From the NCBI GenBank assembly GCA_902784615.1, contig CACZVN010000002.1, positions 31,321 through 95,320 on the forward strand: DNA of 64,000 nt, read 5' to 3'. The position numbers were made by a program, and so were the translations under genes. The stretch comes from an uncultured Prevotellaceae bacterium (GTDB lineage Bacteria > Bacteroidota > Bacteroidia > Bacteroidales > Bacteroidaceae). Position 1 is the stretch's first letter. Each line of letters starts with the position of its first letter. The notes beneath the pieces were generated by a model, which searched no databases, was not told the origin of the DNA, and saw only the letters and a list, made by a program, of their open reading frames with translations. Positions 38,259 to 48,415 of the stretch are shown here, in pieces.

Positions 38259-41213
38259 TTAGAAGCGTCTTGGACCTCCGAAGCCACCACCTCCTCCACG
38301 GGGACCGCCACCGAAGCCGCCACCGCCACGAGGACCACCGCCGAAGCCTGGGCCACCACCACGAGGGCCGCCACCGAAGGCACCCTTGCCTCCAAAGAGA
38401 TTCAGACGATAGATCACATGCAACATACCATAGCTCGTGATGGCATTATATTCCGTATCACTGCGCATAGAAGCCGAGATGGTGCGGCTGATGGTAGATT
38501 GCTGATGAAGGATGTCGTAAAGCTGCAACGATACCGTCAGCGCATTACCCTTCAGAAAACTCTGCGAGACCTGCGCATTCCAGATCAGCTCGTTGGTATT
38601 CATTGATGAGTCACTGTATCCACGACGACTCTGCATATTCAGGTTCGTGGTGAGTGAGGTGCCCCAGGGCGCCGTAATACCCACCATACCACCGTAAGTG
38701 AACTGCCAGGTATCGAGGTTGTTGTTAGTCTGCAGTTCACTGCGATTGTGCTGATAGTTCACAGAACCGTTCAACTCAATCTCCAGCCAGTCGTTACGGT
38801 AGCTGCCTGCCAACCGTTCACTGATACCCGTTGATGTCGTAACAGACTTCTGAGAGTCGGAATTCATATCCACGCTCACATAGCCCACATTGTGCGCATA
38901 ACTCAGGTTGGTGAACGTATTCACGTTGAAGAAGGCTGCAGAATCGACGGCGGTATTAAACATGAAGCCCAAATTACCGTTCCAGTTGCCGTTGATATTC
39001 TCCGGCTGGGTGATGCGGCCGCCAGTCACAGGGTCAAGTGTTGTCTTGTTAGAGATCGAGTTGCTGGTCGTAGAAAAGTTCACGAAGGTCATCACGGCAC
39101 GCTGGTGCTTCTGGAAATAGTCATTGTAGAACAGGTTGAAGTTCTGACGGAACGAGGGCTTCAGTCCTGGATTACCCTTCGTGATGTTCAACGGGTCACT
39201 GTTATCCGTGATATCGAGCAGGTCGCTCATCTGTGGTTGACTGGAATTGGCACGATAGGTAAAGCGCAGCTGTCCTGTCGCAGACTTCTTCCAGCGGAAG
39301 TCCATTGTAGGTGCAAAGTTCGTCACCGTACGGGTAGTGTCGGAATGGATACCCTGATAGTCCTGGATGAAGTGCGACTTCTGTGGGATCACCTGGACAC
39401 CCACATTAAAGGTATAGGCCTTACGGACGATGCGCAGCATCACCTCGGCTGTATGTATATAGTTTTTGTATTCTGAGAAACGGCTCAGGTCATCATCTTT
39501 ATAAGGCTCCACATTGTTATTGCGGATGCCAAACTGTCCCAGATAACTGTCCCAAGAACGGTAGCCGCCATACCAGGTACCGTCAGAAAGCAGGTCACTC
39601 AGGTCGTATGTACCACGGTCGCTCTTCTGGTATCTGTATTCATACTGGTAACTGAACTGCAGGTAGGTCTTGGGGAAGATCGGCTCACTATAGGTAATGC
39701 GGGCCCTGTAGTTCCAGTTCTTCGTAGGCGTGACGGAATAGCGGTTGATCGTATCGCCGACAATAATGCCTTCCTGATAATATTTGATGAGGCTGTTCGA
39801 AATCGACTTGCTGTCACCATCGCTCCAACCTGCATTCAACTGCACAGTAATGTTACGTCCAGAGTTGTTCAGACGTCGGTTAATCTGCAACATACCGTTC
39901 AGGTTCTTCGAGTCACTGTACGACACACTCTCCTGCGTACGGTCATTCTTCACGATGCCCTTCTCTACCAGGGTCTTCAGGTCTGCAAGGGGATCGGTCA
40001 CGTAATCGTACGGATTCTGGTCAAAGCTAGCCTCGTTACTGGCATTGTCACCATCATTCGAATTATAGCGGAACGAGGGACGGAACATGATATTCGTCAT
40101 CGAGTCAGGTGTCCATTCCAAACGCATACGGGCGTCCCAGCCGTTAGAACGGGTGAAGTTCCTTGTCAGGCTATTACTGAACTGTGAGGTGGTCTCGCCG
40201 AAAAACGACTCTGACGAGCGTTTCGAGAGGGCATCGCCATCACTATGATTCCAGCGAACACTACCGTCGAGTTTCAATAGGTCGGTCTTCTCGTAGTTGA
40301 AATTCATACCCACCATCTTCGTGGCAGTCAGCCCCTGGCGACCACCACCGAAACGACCGCCGCCACCGCCACCTGGGAATCCCATATCGTTGGTATTGTT
40401 GGCATTGGTCATCAGGAACACCTTCGTGTTATCTTTCATCACACCACCGAAGATACGACCGGCATATCGGTGCTTCGTACCAGCGGCCAGATCGGCATTC
40501 ATCATCACGCCCTTGTTCATACCAGCCTTAATACCGAAGTCGAGTACCGTCTGTTCCTCTCCATCTTCAATACCCGACACACGTGCCAGGTCGCTCTGCT
40601 GGTCGTAAGCCTTGATACGGTCGATGATGTTCGTTGGTAGGTTCTTCATGGCGGTCTTTGTGTCACCCGTCATAAATTCCTTGCCATCCACGAGGATCTT
40701 CTTCACCTCCTTACCATTGATCTTGATAGTACCGTCATCACTCACCTCGGCACCAGGAAGACGTTTCACAAGTTCTTCCACCACGGAGCCCTCAGGCGTA
40801 CGGAAAGCATTGGCATTATAGACAAAGGTATCGGCCTTCAGCGTCACTTTTGAGGCACGGGCCGTCACCGTGGCGCCCTTCAGCATAATAGCGTCAGGCT
40901 CTATCGCAATCGTGCCGGCATGGTAGTCCTTGCCGTCCTTGATGTTGATCTTCTTCGTGTAGGTCTTGAAACCCACATAAGTCACTTGCAAGGTATAACT
41001 GCCGTCACGTGGAGCCTTGATAGAAAAGGCACCATTGGCGTTGGTCACTGCGTTGGCGACCACTTTCTCACCACTGAGCAGGGCTGTCGTCGCCTGAATA
41101 ACGGCATCTTGCGTATCCTGTTCCACAACTTTGCCCGTTACCATCCGTTGGGCAAATACAGTGGCCGTCATCGCTAAGGCGGCCACAATAAGTATCATTT
41201 TTCTCATGATCAT
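38259..41213 (-). CDS. TonB-dependent-receptor-like outer-membrane beta-barrel protein with a Gly/Arg-rich C-terminal tail
   Basis: Signal peptide, CarboxypepD_reg-like N-domain, plug-like EELVKRLPG...ILVDGKEF and GNPGLKPSF. Confidence 0.85.
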   Translation of the reverse strand: MIMRKMILIVAALAMTATVFAQRMVTGKVVEQDTQDAVIQATTALLSGEKVVANAVTNANGAFSIKAPRDGSYTLQVTYVGFKTYTKKINIKDGKDYHAGTIAIEPDAIMLKGATVTARASKVTLKADTFVYNANAFRTPEGSVVEELVKRLPGAEVSDDGTIKINGKEVKKILVDGKEFMTGDTKTAMKNLPTNIIDRIKAYDQQSDLARVSGIEDGEEQTVLDFGIKAGMNKGVMMNADLAAGTKHRYAGRIFGGVMKDNTKVFLMTNANNTNDMGFPGGGGGGRFGGGRQGLTATKMVGMNFNYEKTDLLKLDGSVRWNHSDGDALSKRSSESFFGETTSQFSNSLTRNFTRSNGWDARMRLEWTPDSMTNIMFRPSFRYNSNDGDNASNEASFDQNPYDYVTDPLADLKTLVEKGIVKNDRTQESVSYSDSKNLNGMLQINRRLNNSGRNITVQLNAGWSDGDSKSISNSLIKYYQEGIIVGDTINRYSVTPTKNWNYRARITYSEPIFPKTYLQFSYQYEYRYQKSDRGTYDLSDLLSDGTWYGGYRSWDSYLGQFGIRNNNVEPYKDDDLSRFSEYKNYIHTAEVMLRIVRKAYTFNVGVQVIPQKSHFIQDYQGIHSDTTRTVTNFAPTMDFRWKKSATGQLRFTYRANSSQPQMSDLLDITDNSDPLNITKGNPGLKPSFRQNFNLFYNDYFQKHQRAVMTFVNFSTTSNSISNKTTLDPVTGGRITQPENINGNWNGNLGFMFNTAVDSAAFFNVNTFTNLSYAHNVGYVSVDMNSDSQKSVTTSTGISERLAGSYRNDWLEIELNGSVNYQHNRSELQTNNNLDTWQFTYGGMVGITAPWGTSLTTNLNMQSRRGYSDSSMNTNELIWNAQVSQSFLKGNALTVSLQLYDILHQQSTISRTISASMRSDTEYNAITSYGMLHVIYRLNLFGGKGAFGGGPRGGGPGFGGGPRGGGGFGGGPRGGGGGFGGPRRF

Positions 41214-41359
41214 TGTTTGATTAACTGTCTGTTTGACGCAAATACGTTGGAAAAGTTTAATAACAACTAAAAAATTTTATGGATTCGTTCGTCTGTTTCA
41301 AATAATAATCGTACCTTTGCATGCGAAAACAACTAAGGTAGAGCTTTAACCATTAAAAA

Positions 41360-42409
41360 ATGAATCGACAGAAAGTCGTTATTGCCGAAAATCTTGAGCA
41401 GTCTCTTCAGGAGGCTATTATCCAGTGCGAGCATGATCGCATGTTTCTGCTGGCCGACAAGACAACGGAATATTATTGCCTGCCAGTTGTTGAGGGGTTT
41501 GCCGCCCTAAAAGATGCTAAGCGTATCATCATCGGCGCGACAGACACGCATAAGACGCTCGAATCGCTCACCCATGTCTGGGAAGAACTGGGTCAGGGAG
41601 GTGCTACCCGCCACACCTTATTAATAAATATAGGAGGCGGCATGGTGACAGACCTCGGTGGCTTCGCTGCCTCCACCTTCAAGCGGGGCATCAACTACAT
41701 CAACATCCCAACCACCCTGCTCGCCATGGTCGATGCCAGCGTCGGCGGGAAGACGGGAATCAACTTCAACGGACTGAAAAACGAGATCGGCGTATTCAAC
41801 AATGCCAACACGGTGATCCTCGACACGCAGTTCCTGAAGACGCTCGATGCGGAGAATATCCGTTCCGGCTATGCAGAAATGTTGAAGCACGGACTTATCT
41901 CCGAGGATAAAATGTGGGCTGAACTGCTGAACTACGATCTGGAGAACCCTGATCTGCAGAAGTTGAGCCAAATGGTTGCTGACAGTGTTGCTGTCAAGGA
42001 GCGTATCGTCACAGAAGACCCCACGGAACATGGCATCCGCAAGGCCCTGAACCTCGGACATACCGTAGGCCACGCCTTCGAGTCGCTGGCACTCCAACGG
42101 GAACCCGTACTTCACGGCTACGCCGTCGCCTGGGGACTGATCTGCGAACTCTACCTGAGCTGCATCAAGACTGGTTTCCCCACCGACAAGATGCACCAGA
42201 CCGTACGCTTTATCCAAGAGCACTACGGGAAGATGACCATCACCTGCGATGACTATCCCACCCTGCTGGAGCTGATGACACATGACAAGAAAAACGTGGC
42301 TGGCGTGATTAACTTCACCCTCTTAGGCGAAATCGGTGACATCCGCATCAACCAGACGGCCACAATAGAGGATATATACGAGGCTCTCGATTTCTACAGA
42401 GAGGGCTGA
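41360..42409 (+). CDS. aroB: 3-dehydroquinate synthase
   Basis: GGGMVTDLGGF, PTTLLAMVDASVGGKTG, LNLGHTVGHA and HG.AV motifs. Confidence 0.96.
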   Translation: MNRQKVVIAENLEQSLQEAIIQCEHDRMFLLADKTTEYYCLPVVEGFAALKDAKRIIIGATDTHKTLESLTHVWEELGQGGATRHTLLINIGGGMVTDLGGFAASTFKRGINYINIPTTLLAMVDASVGGKTGINFNGLKNEIGVFNNANTVILDTQFLKTLDAENIRSGYAEMLKHGLISEDKMWAELLNYDLENPDLQKLSQMVADSVAVKERIVTEDPTEHGIRKALNLGHTVGHAFESLALQREPVLHGYAVAWGLICELYLSCIKTGFPTDKMHQTVRFIQEHYGKMTITCDDYPTLLELMTHDKKNVAGVINFTLLGEIGDIRINQTATIEDIYEALDFYREG

Positions 42410-42466
42410 CCATATAAAGAGTGACCAATCAACTTAATAGACCTAATCATATTACTAACTAATCGC

Positions 42467-42498
42467 AGATAGGGCCGCTCGTGAGAGTAGCCCTATCT
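42467..42498 (+). terminator. Probable terminator between convergent aroB and menE
   Basis: agatagggc...gccctatct followed by a T-run. Confidence 0.55.
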
Positions 42499-43530
42499 CT
42501 TTTTTACAAGCGATTCAGCCTGCTTACGGGCGGGTTTGCCCGTCTCCGTGAGGGGAATATGGTCGAGGTGGATGTAGGCGCGGGGCTGATGGTACTTGGG
42601 GAGGACGCGCTGACAGACTTCACGGGCCTCATCGACAGAGCCCTCCGTCAACAATACGACAATCTCACCAAATTTCGCATCGGGGCATTTACTTATTATA
42701 TAAGGTTCGCGCATAAAGGGACGCAACTGGCGCTCCACTTCCTCAGCCTGGATCTTCAGGCCGCCAGAGCAGATGATATTGTCCTTTCTTCCCAAAATTT
42801 TAAAATTTTGGGAAGAAAGTTCGGCAATGTCGTTGGTGACGAGGGGCTCTTGGCAGACCTCGGGAGCATCAATGGCGAGACATCCCTCATCGGAGAGGCT
42901 GACGCGGACAGAGGGAAAAGGAGTATAAAACTCAGAAGCCTCAGGGCCGCTGAGCCGCCGCAGGGCGATATGGGAGAGGGTCTCCGTCATGCCATAGGTG
43001 CTCCACACGGCATTGGGGAAAGTCTTCAGTTCTGCCGACAAGGCATCGTCGATAGCACCGCCACCAATGATTAAATTCTTAATCTGCATGAGGCGTTCAC
43101 GCTCCTCTGGCACCTGCAGGGAGTTATATACCTGCATGGGTACCATCGCCGCGAAGTTAATAGGGGACACAGAGGGGACAGTCCCTGATGTGCTCCGCAG
43201 GCTTCGCACACGAGGGGCAGTCCCCCAGTTTCCCCTCTGTGTCATGGCCATCGGATGACCAGAAGGCTCCTGAACAATGAGTTTCAAGCCTCGCTCGATA
43301 GCCCGCACCACCATCATCTTACCAGCAATATAGTCGAGCGACATGCAGAGCAAGGCCGTGTCGCCCTCGTGCAGTCCGAGAAAATCGCAGGTGATACGAG
43401 CGGAGTTGAGCATCCGCCGCTTCTCAACGAGCATAGGTTTCGGAACGCCCGTCGAACCGCTCGTCTGCACATGAATATATGGGGAAGAGTTATTCCACTC
43501 TTCGAGGAACTCTTCTAACGACATCGCCAT
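42493..43530 (-). CDS. menE: O-succinylbenzoate-CoA ligase (short Bacteroidetes form) with an in-frame repeat insertion
   Basis: TSGSTGVPK, YGMTET and GRKDN...GG.K motifs; last gene of the men cluster. Confidence 0.9.
   Translation of the reverse strand: MAMSLEEFLEEWNNSSPYIHVQTSGSTGVPKPMLVEKRRMLNSARITCDFLGLHEGDTALLCMSLDYIAGKMMVVRAIERGLKLIVQEPSGHPMAMTQRGNWGTAPRVRSLRSTSGTVPSVSPINFAAMVPMQVYNSLQVPEERERLMQIKNLIIGGGAIDDALSAELKTFPNAVWSTYGMTETLSHIALRRLSGPEASEFYTPFPSVRVSLSDEGCLAIDAPEVCQEPLVTNDIAELSSQNFKILGRKDNIICSGGLKIQAEEVERQLRPFMREPYIISKCPDAKFGEIVVLLTEGSVDEAREVCQRVLPKYHQPRAYIHLDHIPLTETGKPARKQAESLVKKR
42784..42819. repeat. Perfect 36-bp palindrome inside menE
   Basis: ctttcttcccaaaatttt|aaaattttgggaagaaag is its own reverse complement. 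Confidence 0.95.
43166..43243. repeat. Palindromic REP/MITE-like element, in frame in menE (78 bp)
   Basis: 13-bp perfect terminal IR gacacagagggga / tcccctctgtgtc; two GGG(A/G)CAGTCCC cores 39 bp apart. Confidence 0.85.
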
Positions 43531-44582
43531 AACTGATCACCACGGATTTCGAGGGGCATGGGGATATTATCTGTAAACAGTTGGCCAGTGCCGAGACCCT
43601 GTGGCATGGTGATATGATCGCCATAGACATCTGAGGCAAACTGGGCGATGGCATTCAGACCAATGTTACTCTCCAGAGCAGAGGTGATCCACGAGCCGAT
43701 ACCCATATCTCGAGCGATATTGATCCACTCTCTGCACCCCATCATACCACCGTGCAACGATGGCTTTAGGATGATGTAACGGGGTTTGATGATATGCAGC
43801 ATGTGAGCCTTCATCTCTGGGTCGTTCACACCGATGAGTTCTTCATCAAGGGCGATGGGCAACGGTGACTCACGACAGAGTTCCGCCATATAGGCCCACT
43901 GACCTGCTTTTATCGGCTGCTCGGTAGAATGGATATTGTATTGCGAGAGCAGTTCGAGTTTATAGAGGGCCTCCTCGTAAGGGAAGGCACCATTGGCATC
44001 CACTCTGAGTTCTACCTCGTGGAAAGAGAATCTCTCTCTTATCTTCTTGATCAGATCCAGTTCCTGCTCGAAGTCGATGGCGCCGATCTTCAGTTTGACA
44101 CAGCGAAAGCCTTTCTCGAGTTTCTCCTCCAGGCGTTGGAGCATCTCCTCGTAATTGCCCATCCAGACGAGACCGTTGATGGGGATGCCCACCTCGCTGC
44201 GGGAAAAAGCGGTGTCGAAGAGACGGTCGCCGTGCTGGAGATTCAAGAGGGCCGTTTCGAGGCCGAAGAGCATCGAGGGGTAAGGGCGGAGGGACTCACA
44301 GAGGGGACAGTCCCTGTGTAATCCGCTACGCTGCTCACACGAGGGACAGTCCCCCTGTGAGTCCTGCCAGCGGCAGAATTCTGCACAAAACTTATCGAGA
44401 ACCTTCGCATAGTCAGGGCGCGCGTCGCAACTAAGGTCTGGCAGGGGTGCACACTCCCCCACGCCAGTCCTTTCACCATCAGACAGATGGACAAGCCAGA
44501 TCTTTCGCGTGGTATAGACTCCTCGCGACGTCCCTGCGGGTTGCTTGAAATGCAGCGTGCGCTCCTCGATCTGATAGGTCAT
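43515..44582 (-). CDS. menC: O-succinylbenzoate synthase with an in-frame repeat insertion
   Basis: KLKIG, RVDANG, EQP, ALDEEL and ILKP motifs (enolase superfamily); men operon context. Confidence 0.92.
   Translation of the reverse strand: MTYQIEERTLHFKQPAGTSRGVYTTRKIWLVHLSDGERTGVGECAPLPDLSCDARPDYAKVLDKFCAEFCRWQDSQGDCPSCEQRSGLHRDCPLCESLRPYPSMLFGLETALLNLQHGDRLFDTAFSRSEVGIPINGLVWMGNYEEMLQRLEEKLEKGFRCVKLKIGAIDFEQELDLIKKIRERFSFHEVELRVDANGAFPYEEALYKLELLSQYNIHSTEQPIKAGQWAYMAELCRESPLPIALDEELIGVNDPEMKAHMLHIIKPRYIILKPSLHGGMMGCREWINIARDMGIGSWITSALESNIGLNAIAQFASDVYGDHITMPQGLGTGQLFTDNIPMPLEIRGDQLWRCR
44292..44364. repeat. Second copy of the palindromic element, inside menC
   Basis: Terminal IR ggactcacag / ctgtgagtcc; shares cacagaggggacagtccctg exactly with the menE copy. 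Confidence 0.85.
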
Positions 44583-45430
44583 GGCAGTTTGGGATATTTC
44601 TTGAAATCAGGCTTACGCTTTTCAAGGAAGGCTTTACCTCCTTCTTGAGCCTCATCTAGGAAATAATAAAGCATGGTGCAGTCGCCTGCTAGTTCCTGGA
44701 TACCAGCCTGACCATCGAGTTCGGCATTCAGTCCTGCCTTGATCATACGAAGGGCCAGGGGCGAGCGCTGCATCATGATCTCTGCCCACTCCACACACTC
44801 GTCTTCGAGACGCTCAATAGGCACGACCTTGTTAACCATCCCCATCTCCTCAGCTTCCTTAGCGGTATATTGACGACAGAGGAACCAGATCTCACGGGCT
44901 TTCTTCTGACCCACGATGCGAGCGAGATACGACGAGCCAAAACCGGCATCAAAACTTCCCACCTTAGGCCCCGTCTGTCCAAAGATGGCATTCTCACTGG
45001 CAATCGTCAGGTCGCAGACAAGGTGGAGCACATGACCGCCACCAATTGCATAACCGTTGACCATGGCAATAACGGGCTTGGGCAGGCGACGGATCTGCAT
45101 CTGTACGTCGAGCACAGAGAGACGGGGCACACCCTCTTCATCGACATAGCCGCCACGACCCTTCACGTGCATATCACCACCACTGCAGAAGGCATGTTTC
45201 ACATCAGCCAATGTTTTCCCCTCAGGCACCTCACTCATCGCACCCGTCAACAGCACCACACTGATATCCTGCATCTCACGGCACAGCGCAAAGGCCTGAC
45301 TCAGTTCATAGGTCGTCTTAGGTGTAAAGGCGTTGCGATAACGCGGACGGTTGATGGTGATCTTGGCGATACCGTTATATTCTTCAAACAGGATTTCCTT
45401 AAACTCACGGATTTGTTTCCACTCTCTCAT
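44579..45430 (-). CDS. menB: 1,4-dihydroxy-2-naphthoyl-CoA synthase
   Basis: INRP..RNAF, AFCSGGD, GGGHVLH and [12 protein letters not shown] motifs. Confidence 0.96.
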   Translation of the reverse strand: MREWKQIREFKEILFEEYNGIAKITINRPRYRNAFTPKTTYELSQAFALCREMQDISVVLLTGAMSEVPEGKTLADVKHAFCSGGDMHVKGRGGYVDEEGVPRLSVLDVQMQIRRLPKPVIAMVNGYAIGGGHVLHLVCDLTIASENAIFGQTGPKVGSFDAGFGSSYLARIVGQKKAREIWFLCRQYTAKEAEEMGMVNKVVPIERLEDECVEWAEIMMQRSPLALRMIKAGLNAELDGQAGIQELAGDCTMLYYFLDEAQEGGKAFLEKRKPDFKKYPKLP

Positions 45431-46962
45431 AACTTCAATGATTTATAATAGTCTTTCAAAACCTGTTCATCCTCGTCGGCAGTCGTAAAGACCTCGAGGA
45501 GCACAGGACGGTCACCCTCTTTATATAATAAGGTGTCGATGGCCCGATGGAGATCATGCGGTCCATCGGCGCGGAGATAGACGATGTCATTTTGACGACA
45601 GATGCCCTCAGCAGAGGTGTGATGTTCTGCGGCCACGATGCTGTCGCGGGCAGGACTCTTTTCCAGTCCTGGCAGCATGTTGAAGATACCCCCACAACCG
45701 TTGTTCAGCAGGAGAATGCGGAAATTCTGCCTGAGGTTTTGGTTCCACAGGGCATTTTGATCGTAGAAGAAACTCAGGTCGCCAATCACACAGAAGACCC
45801 TGGCCTCAGACACGACTGAGAAACCTGCAGCTGTGGATAGCGAACCTTCAATGCCGTTCACACCACGATTGCACCAGATGGGATGCTGGGCAATACTATT
45901 AGCCAGACGGATGACAGAACTGTTGGCATAATGGATGGCGGCCTCTCCCACATTCGCCTCAAAATACTTCACGGCAGCCATCTGGGAGTAACCAGGCTCG
46001 TAGGCTAAAGTCTGCTGGCGTATCTTTTCCAGCAAGGCATCCCACTGCTGCACGAAAGGATGGGGTTCCATGACAAGCGTGAAACGGATATGATCGGCCA
46101 CAGCCACTCCATCACCCTGCACGACGTGTGTCAGATTCATAAAGGTATCCGTCACCTCACCTGTCTCGTTCACCACCCATGTCTCCTTGGCCTTTCGCAG
46201 GAAACGCTTCACGCGCTTGCTGACAATAGAGCCTCCAATATACAACACGAAATCTGGCACATAGTCAGGATTATCACCTATCAGATAGACAGCCTCATCC
46301 AAGAGCGGGTTCATAGGCTGTCCGCTGACGAGCATCGGGCGCTTCGCCTGGAGGAACATCCGCGTGACATAGCTCAGCGTAGCCGCAGAGATATCGGCAG
46401 GGATGCGCTCTATCTTCCGTTCGATGGGAAGCTCTGGGACGGAGAACTCGAAAAGGGGCTCTGTAATCGGTACATTGATATGCACAGGAGCGTTACCAAT
46501 AATGAGAGTCTCGTTAACGAGACGGTTACAGTACCAGCGCTCTTCCTCGTCATGGGGTTCTGGCAGGGATACGGCCTTCTTGACGAAGCGGCCTAAGGCA
46601 TCTGACTGCGGAAGGGTCTGCCCATCCAATTGGTCTATCCACTGCGGTGGACGGTCTGCGGAGATCACCACTAAGGGGATATGCTGATAATATGCCTCAG
46701 CGACAGCGGGAGCGAGATTTAACAGGGCTGTGCCGCTGGTGACACAGACCACAACAGGCTGCTTCAGTGCCTGCGACATACCCAGGGCATAGAAGCCCGC
46801 AGAACGCTCATCCGTCACAGGATAGCACGTGATATCAGGGCACTCGTTGAGATTATGCGTGATGGGTGCATTCCTGCTGCCAGGACAGACGACTGCATGT
46901 CGGATGCCATGCGCCACAAGGAGCGTCGTCAATATATTTACATTTTCTTTATTGCTATACAT
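45427..46962 (-). CDS. menD: SEPHCHC synthase
   Basis: [33 protein letters not shown] and GDLSF motifs. Confidence 0.95.
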   Translation of the reverse strand: MYSNKENVNILTTLLVAHGIRHAVVCPGSRNAPITHNLNECPDITCYPVTDERSAGFYALGMSQALKQPVVVCVTSGTALLNLAPAVAEAYYQHIPLVVISADRPPQWIDQLDGQTLPQSDALGRFVKKAVSLPEPHDEEERWYCNRLVNETLIIGNAPVHINVPITEPLFEFSVPELPIERKIERIPADISAATLSYVTRMFLQAKRPMLVSGQPMNPLLDEAVYLIGDNPDYVPDFVLYIGGSIVSKRVKRFLRKAKETWVVNETGEVTDTFMNLTHVVQGDGVAVADHIRFTLVMEPHPFVQQWDALLEKIRQQTLAYEPGYSQMAAVKYFEANVGEAAIHYANSSVIRLANSIAQHPIWCNRGVNGIEGSLSTAAGFSVVSEARVFCVIGDLSFFYDQNALWNQNLRQNFRILLLNNGCGGIFNMLPGLEKSPARDSIVAAEHHTSAEGICRQNDIVYLRADGPHDLHRAIDTLLYKEGDRPVLLEVFTTADEDEQVLKDYYKSLKL

Positions 46963-48002
46963 CTTCTCATTGTTTCAAGTTTGGCCTCAATCTCCTGCCA
47001 CTCCTGTTCCTCAGTACTGTCTTTCAGCAGTCCGCCTCCAGCATAGAGATGATAACGGCGCCCTTCTATATTCATGCAGCGAAGCGAGACATAGAGGTGA
47101 GTCTGATGTTCAGGATCAAGCATACCCACAAAACCGCTGTAATAGCGACGGGGTGTATATTCATTACGGACAATAAACTGGAAAGCCTCCCGCTTAGGCA
47201 GACCGCAGACGGCAGGCGTTGGATGCAGCGTCTGTAACAGGTCACCGATATGGCTGCTGTCTGCCAGAGAGAAAGTGAAGTCGCTCCGCAGATGAACGAG
47301 GTTCGCTGCCCGTACTGTATAGGGACCTTCCTCGTGGAAATCGCGGGTAAACTGCTCCAGGCACTCCGCTATATAAGTAGCCACGTAGCGTTGCTCCTGA
47401 ATATTCTTTGTGCTCCAACTCAGATTCTCACCCTCACCATTCAGTTGTTCCCCTTCCAACTGCATCGTTCCTGCCAAAGCAATGGTACGCCATTGGTTCT
47501 TGCCATCACCTTCCAACAGGATCTCCGGCGTAGCTGTGAGCCAACAACCGCTCTTTGTTGTACAAACCAAGGAGATGAACATCCGAGGATAAAGCATACA
47601 GGCCCGATGGAAAAGTTTCAAAGGGGAAAGCGCCTCCTGCGTCTCTTCGTCAGAGCAGCGGGCTAATACAATCTTACGAAAAGTGCCCAGTTCCAGTTGG
47701 GAATGGTCGTTGGCAAAGTCTATGGCGTAGTGCATCCGTTGACCGCCCACTATGCCTATGGGATGAGTTATCGTTTCTGGCAACGGCAAAGCAGCAATCT
47801 CTTCCACAGGAATTGTCTCCACCTTATCAAGAGGAATAAGCAGGATCGGCTGGTCTGGTCTGACCTCAAAGGGAGCCACGACAAAGCCTTTCCTACCGTT
47901 AAGTTCCGTACATGAGGACAACTCCATTGGTTCCCCATCCGTCTGCAGAACCAATGTCACATGCGACTCATACGGCAAACGATAAACGGCGAATCCTGGC
48001 AT
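46938..48002 (-). CDS. menF: Isochorismate synthase
   Basis: KIVLAR, ATPE, ALAGT, LHPTPAVCGLP and YAGGG motifs. Confidence 0.92.
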   Translation of the reverse strand: MPGFAVYRLPYESHVTLVLQTDGEPMELSSCTELNGRKGFVVAPFEVRPDQPILLIPLDKVETIPVEEIAALPLPETITHPIGIVGGQRMHYAIDFANDHSQLELGTFRKIVLARCSDEETQEALSPLKLFHRACMLYPRMFISLVCTTKSGCWLTATPEILLEGDGKNQWRTIALAGTMQLEGEQLNGEGENLSWSTKNIQEQRYVATYIAECLEQFTRDFHEEGPYTVRAANLVHLRSDFTFSLADSSHIGDLLQTLHPTPAVCGLPKREAFQFIVRNEYTPRRYYSGFVGMLDPEHQTHLYVSLRCMNIEGRRYHLYAGGGLLKDSTEEQEWQEIEAKLETMRRCIAIKKM

Positions 48003-48415
48003 TATCTTCTGGAAGAAATCACATAATTGGTAACCCTGACATTGGAGATCAGTTCACCCGAGGTGTCTTTGATATCTACGTTCCACACATGAAGAGTGGT
48101 TCCCTTATGGAGCAAACGGGCGTATGCAGTCACCGTATCACCTTCCATCACCGCCTTCACGTGACTGCCGCTGACCTCGATGCCCACACAGGCACAGCCA
48201 GGACAGAGCGAGGAGGAACCAACACCCGCCACATTCTCTGCCAGTGCTAACGAAGCGCCACCACTAAGGAAGCCAAAGGGCTGACGATTACGCTCATCCA
48301 CTTTCATACGGGCCATACAAGTATCGTCCTCGGGGGTGGACAGAAACTCCATTCCGAGGGCGGTACTCAAGTTAGGTCTCTCGTTGATTATTGCGTTAAT
48401 CCTTTCTACGTCCAT
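48002..48415 (-). CDS. menI: PaaI/hot-dog thioesterase, probable DHNA-CoA thioesterase
   Basis: QPFGFLSGGASLALAE motif; men operon context. Confidence 0.8.
   Translation of the reverse strand: MDVERINAIINERPNLSTALGMEFLSTPEDDTCMARMKVDERNRQPFGFLSGGASLALAENVAGVGSSSLCPGCACVGIEVSGSHVKAVMEGDTVTAYARLLHKGTTLHVWNVDIKDTSGELISNVRVTNYVISSRR

Noticed and set aside
45195-45240. Apparent ~12-aa insertion in MenB ([13 protein letters not shown]) as another mobile repeat
   Set aside because: No palindrome or similarity to the menE/menC element; it looks like an ordinary loop variant.
42493-48415. Absence of menH and menA from the men cluster
   Set aside because: These genes are often elsewhere or replaced, which cannot be judged from one window.
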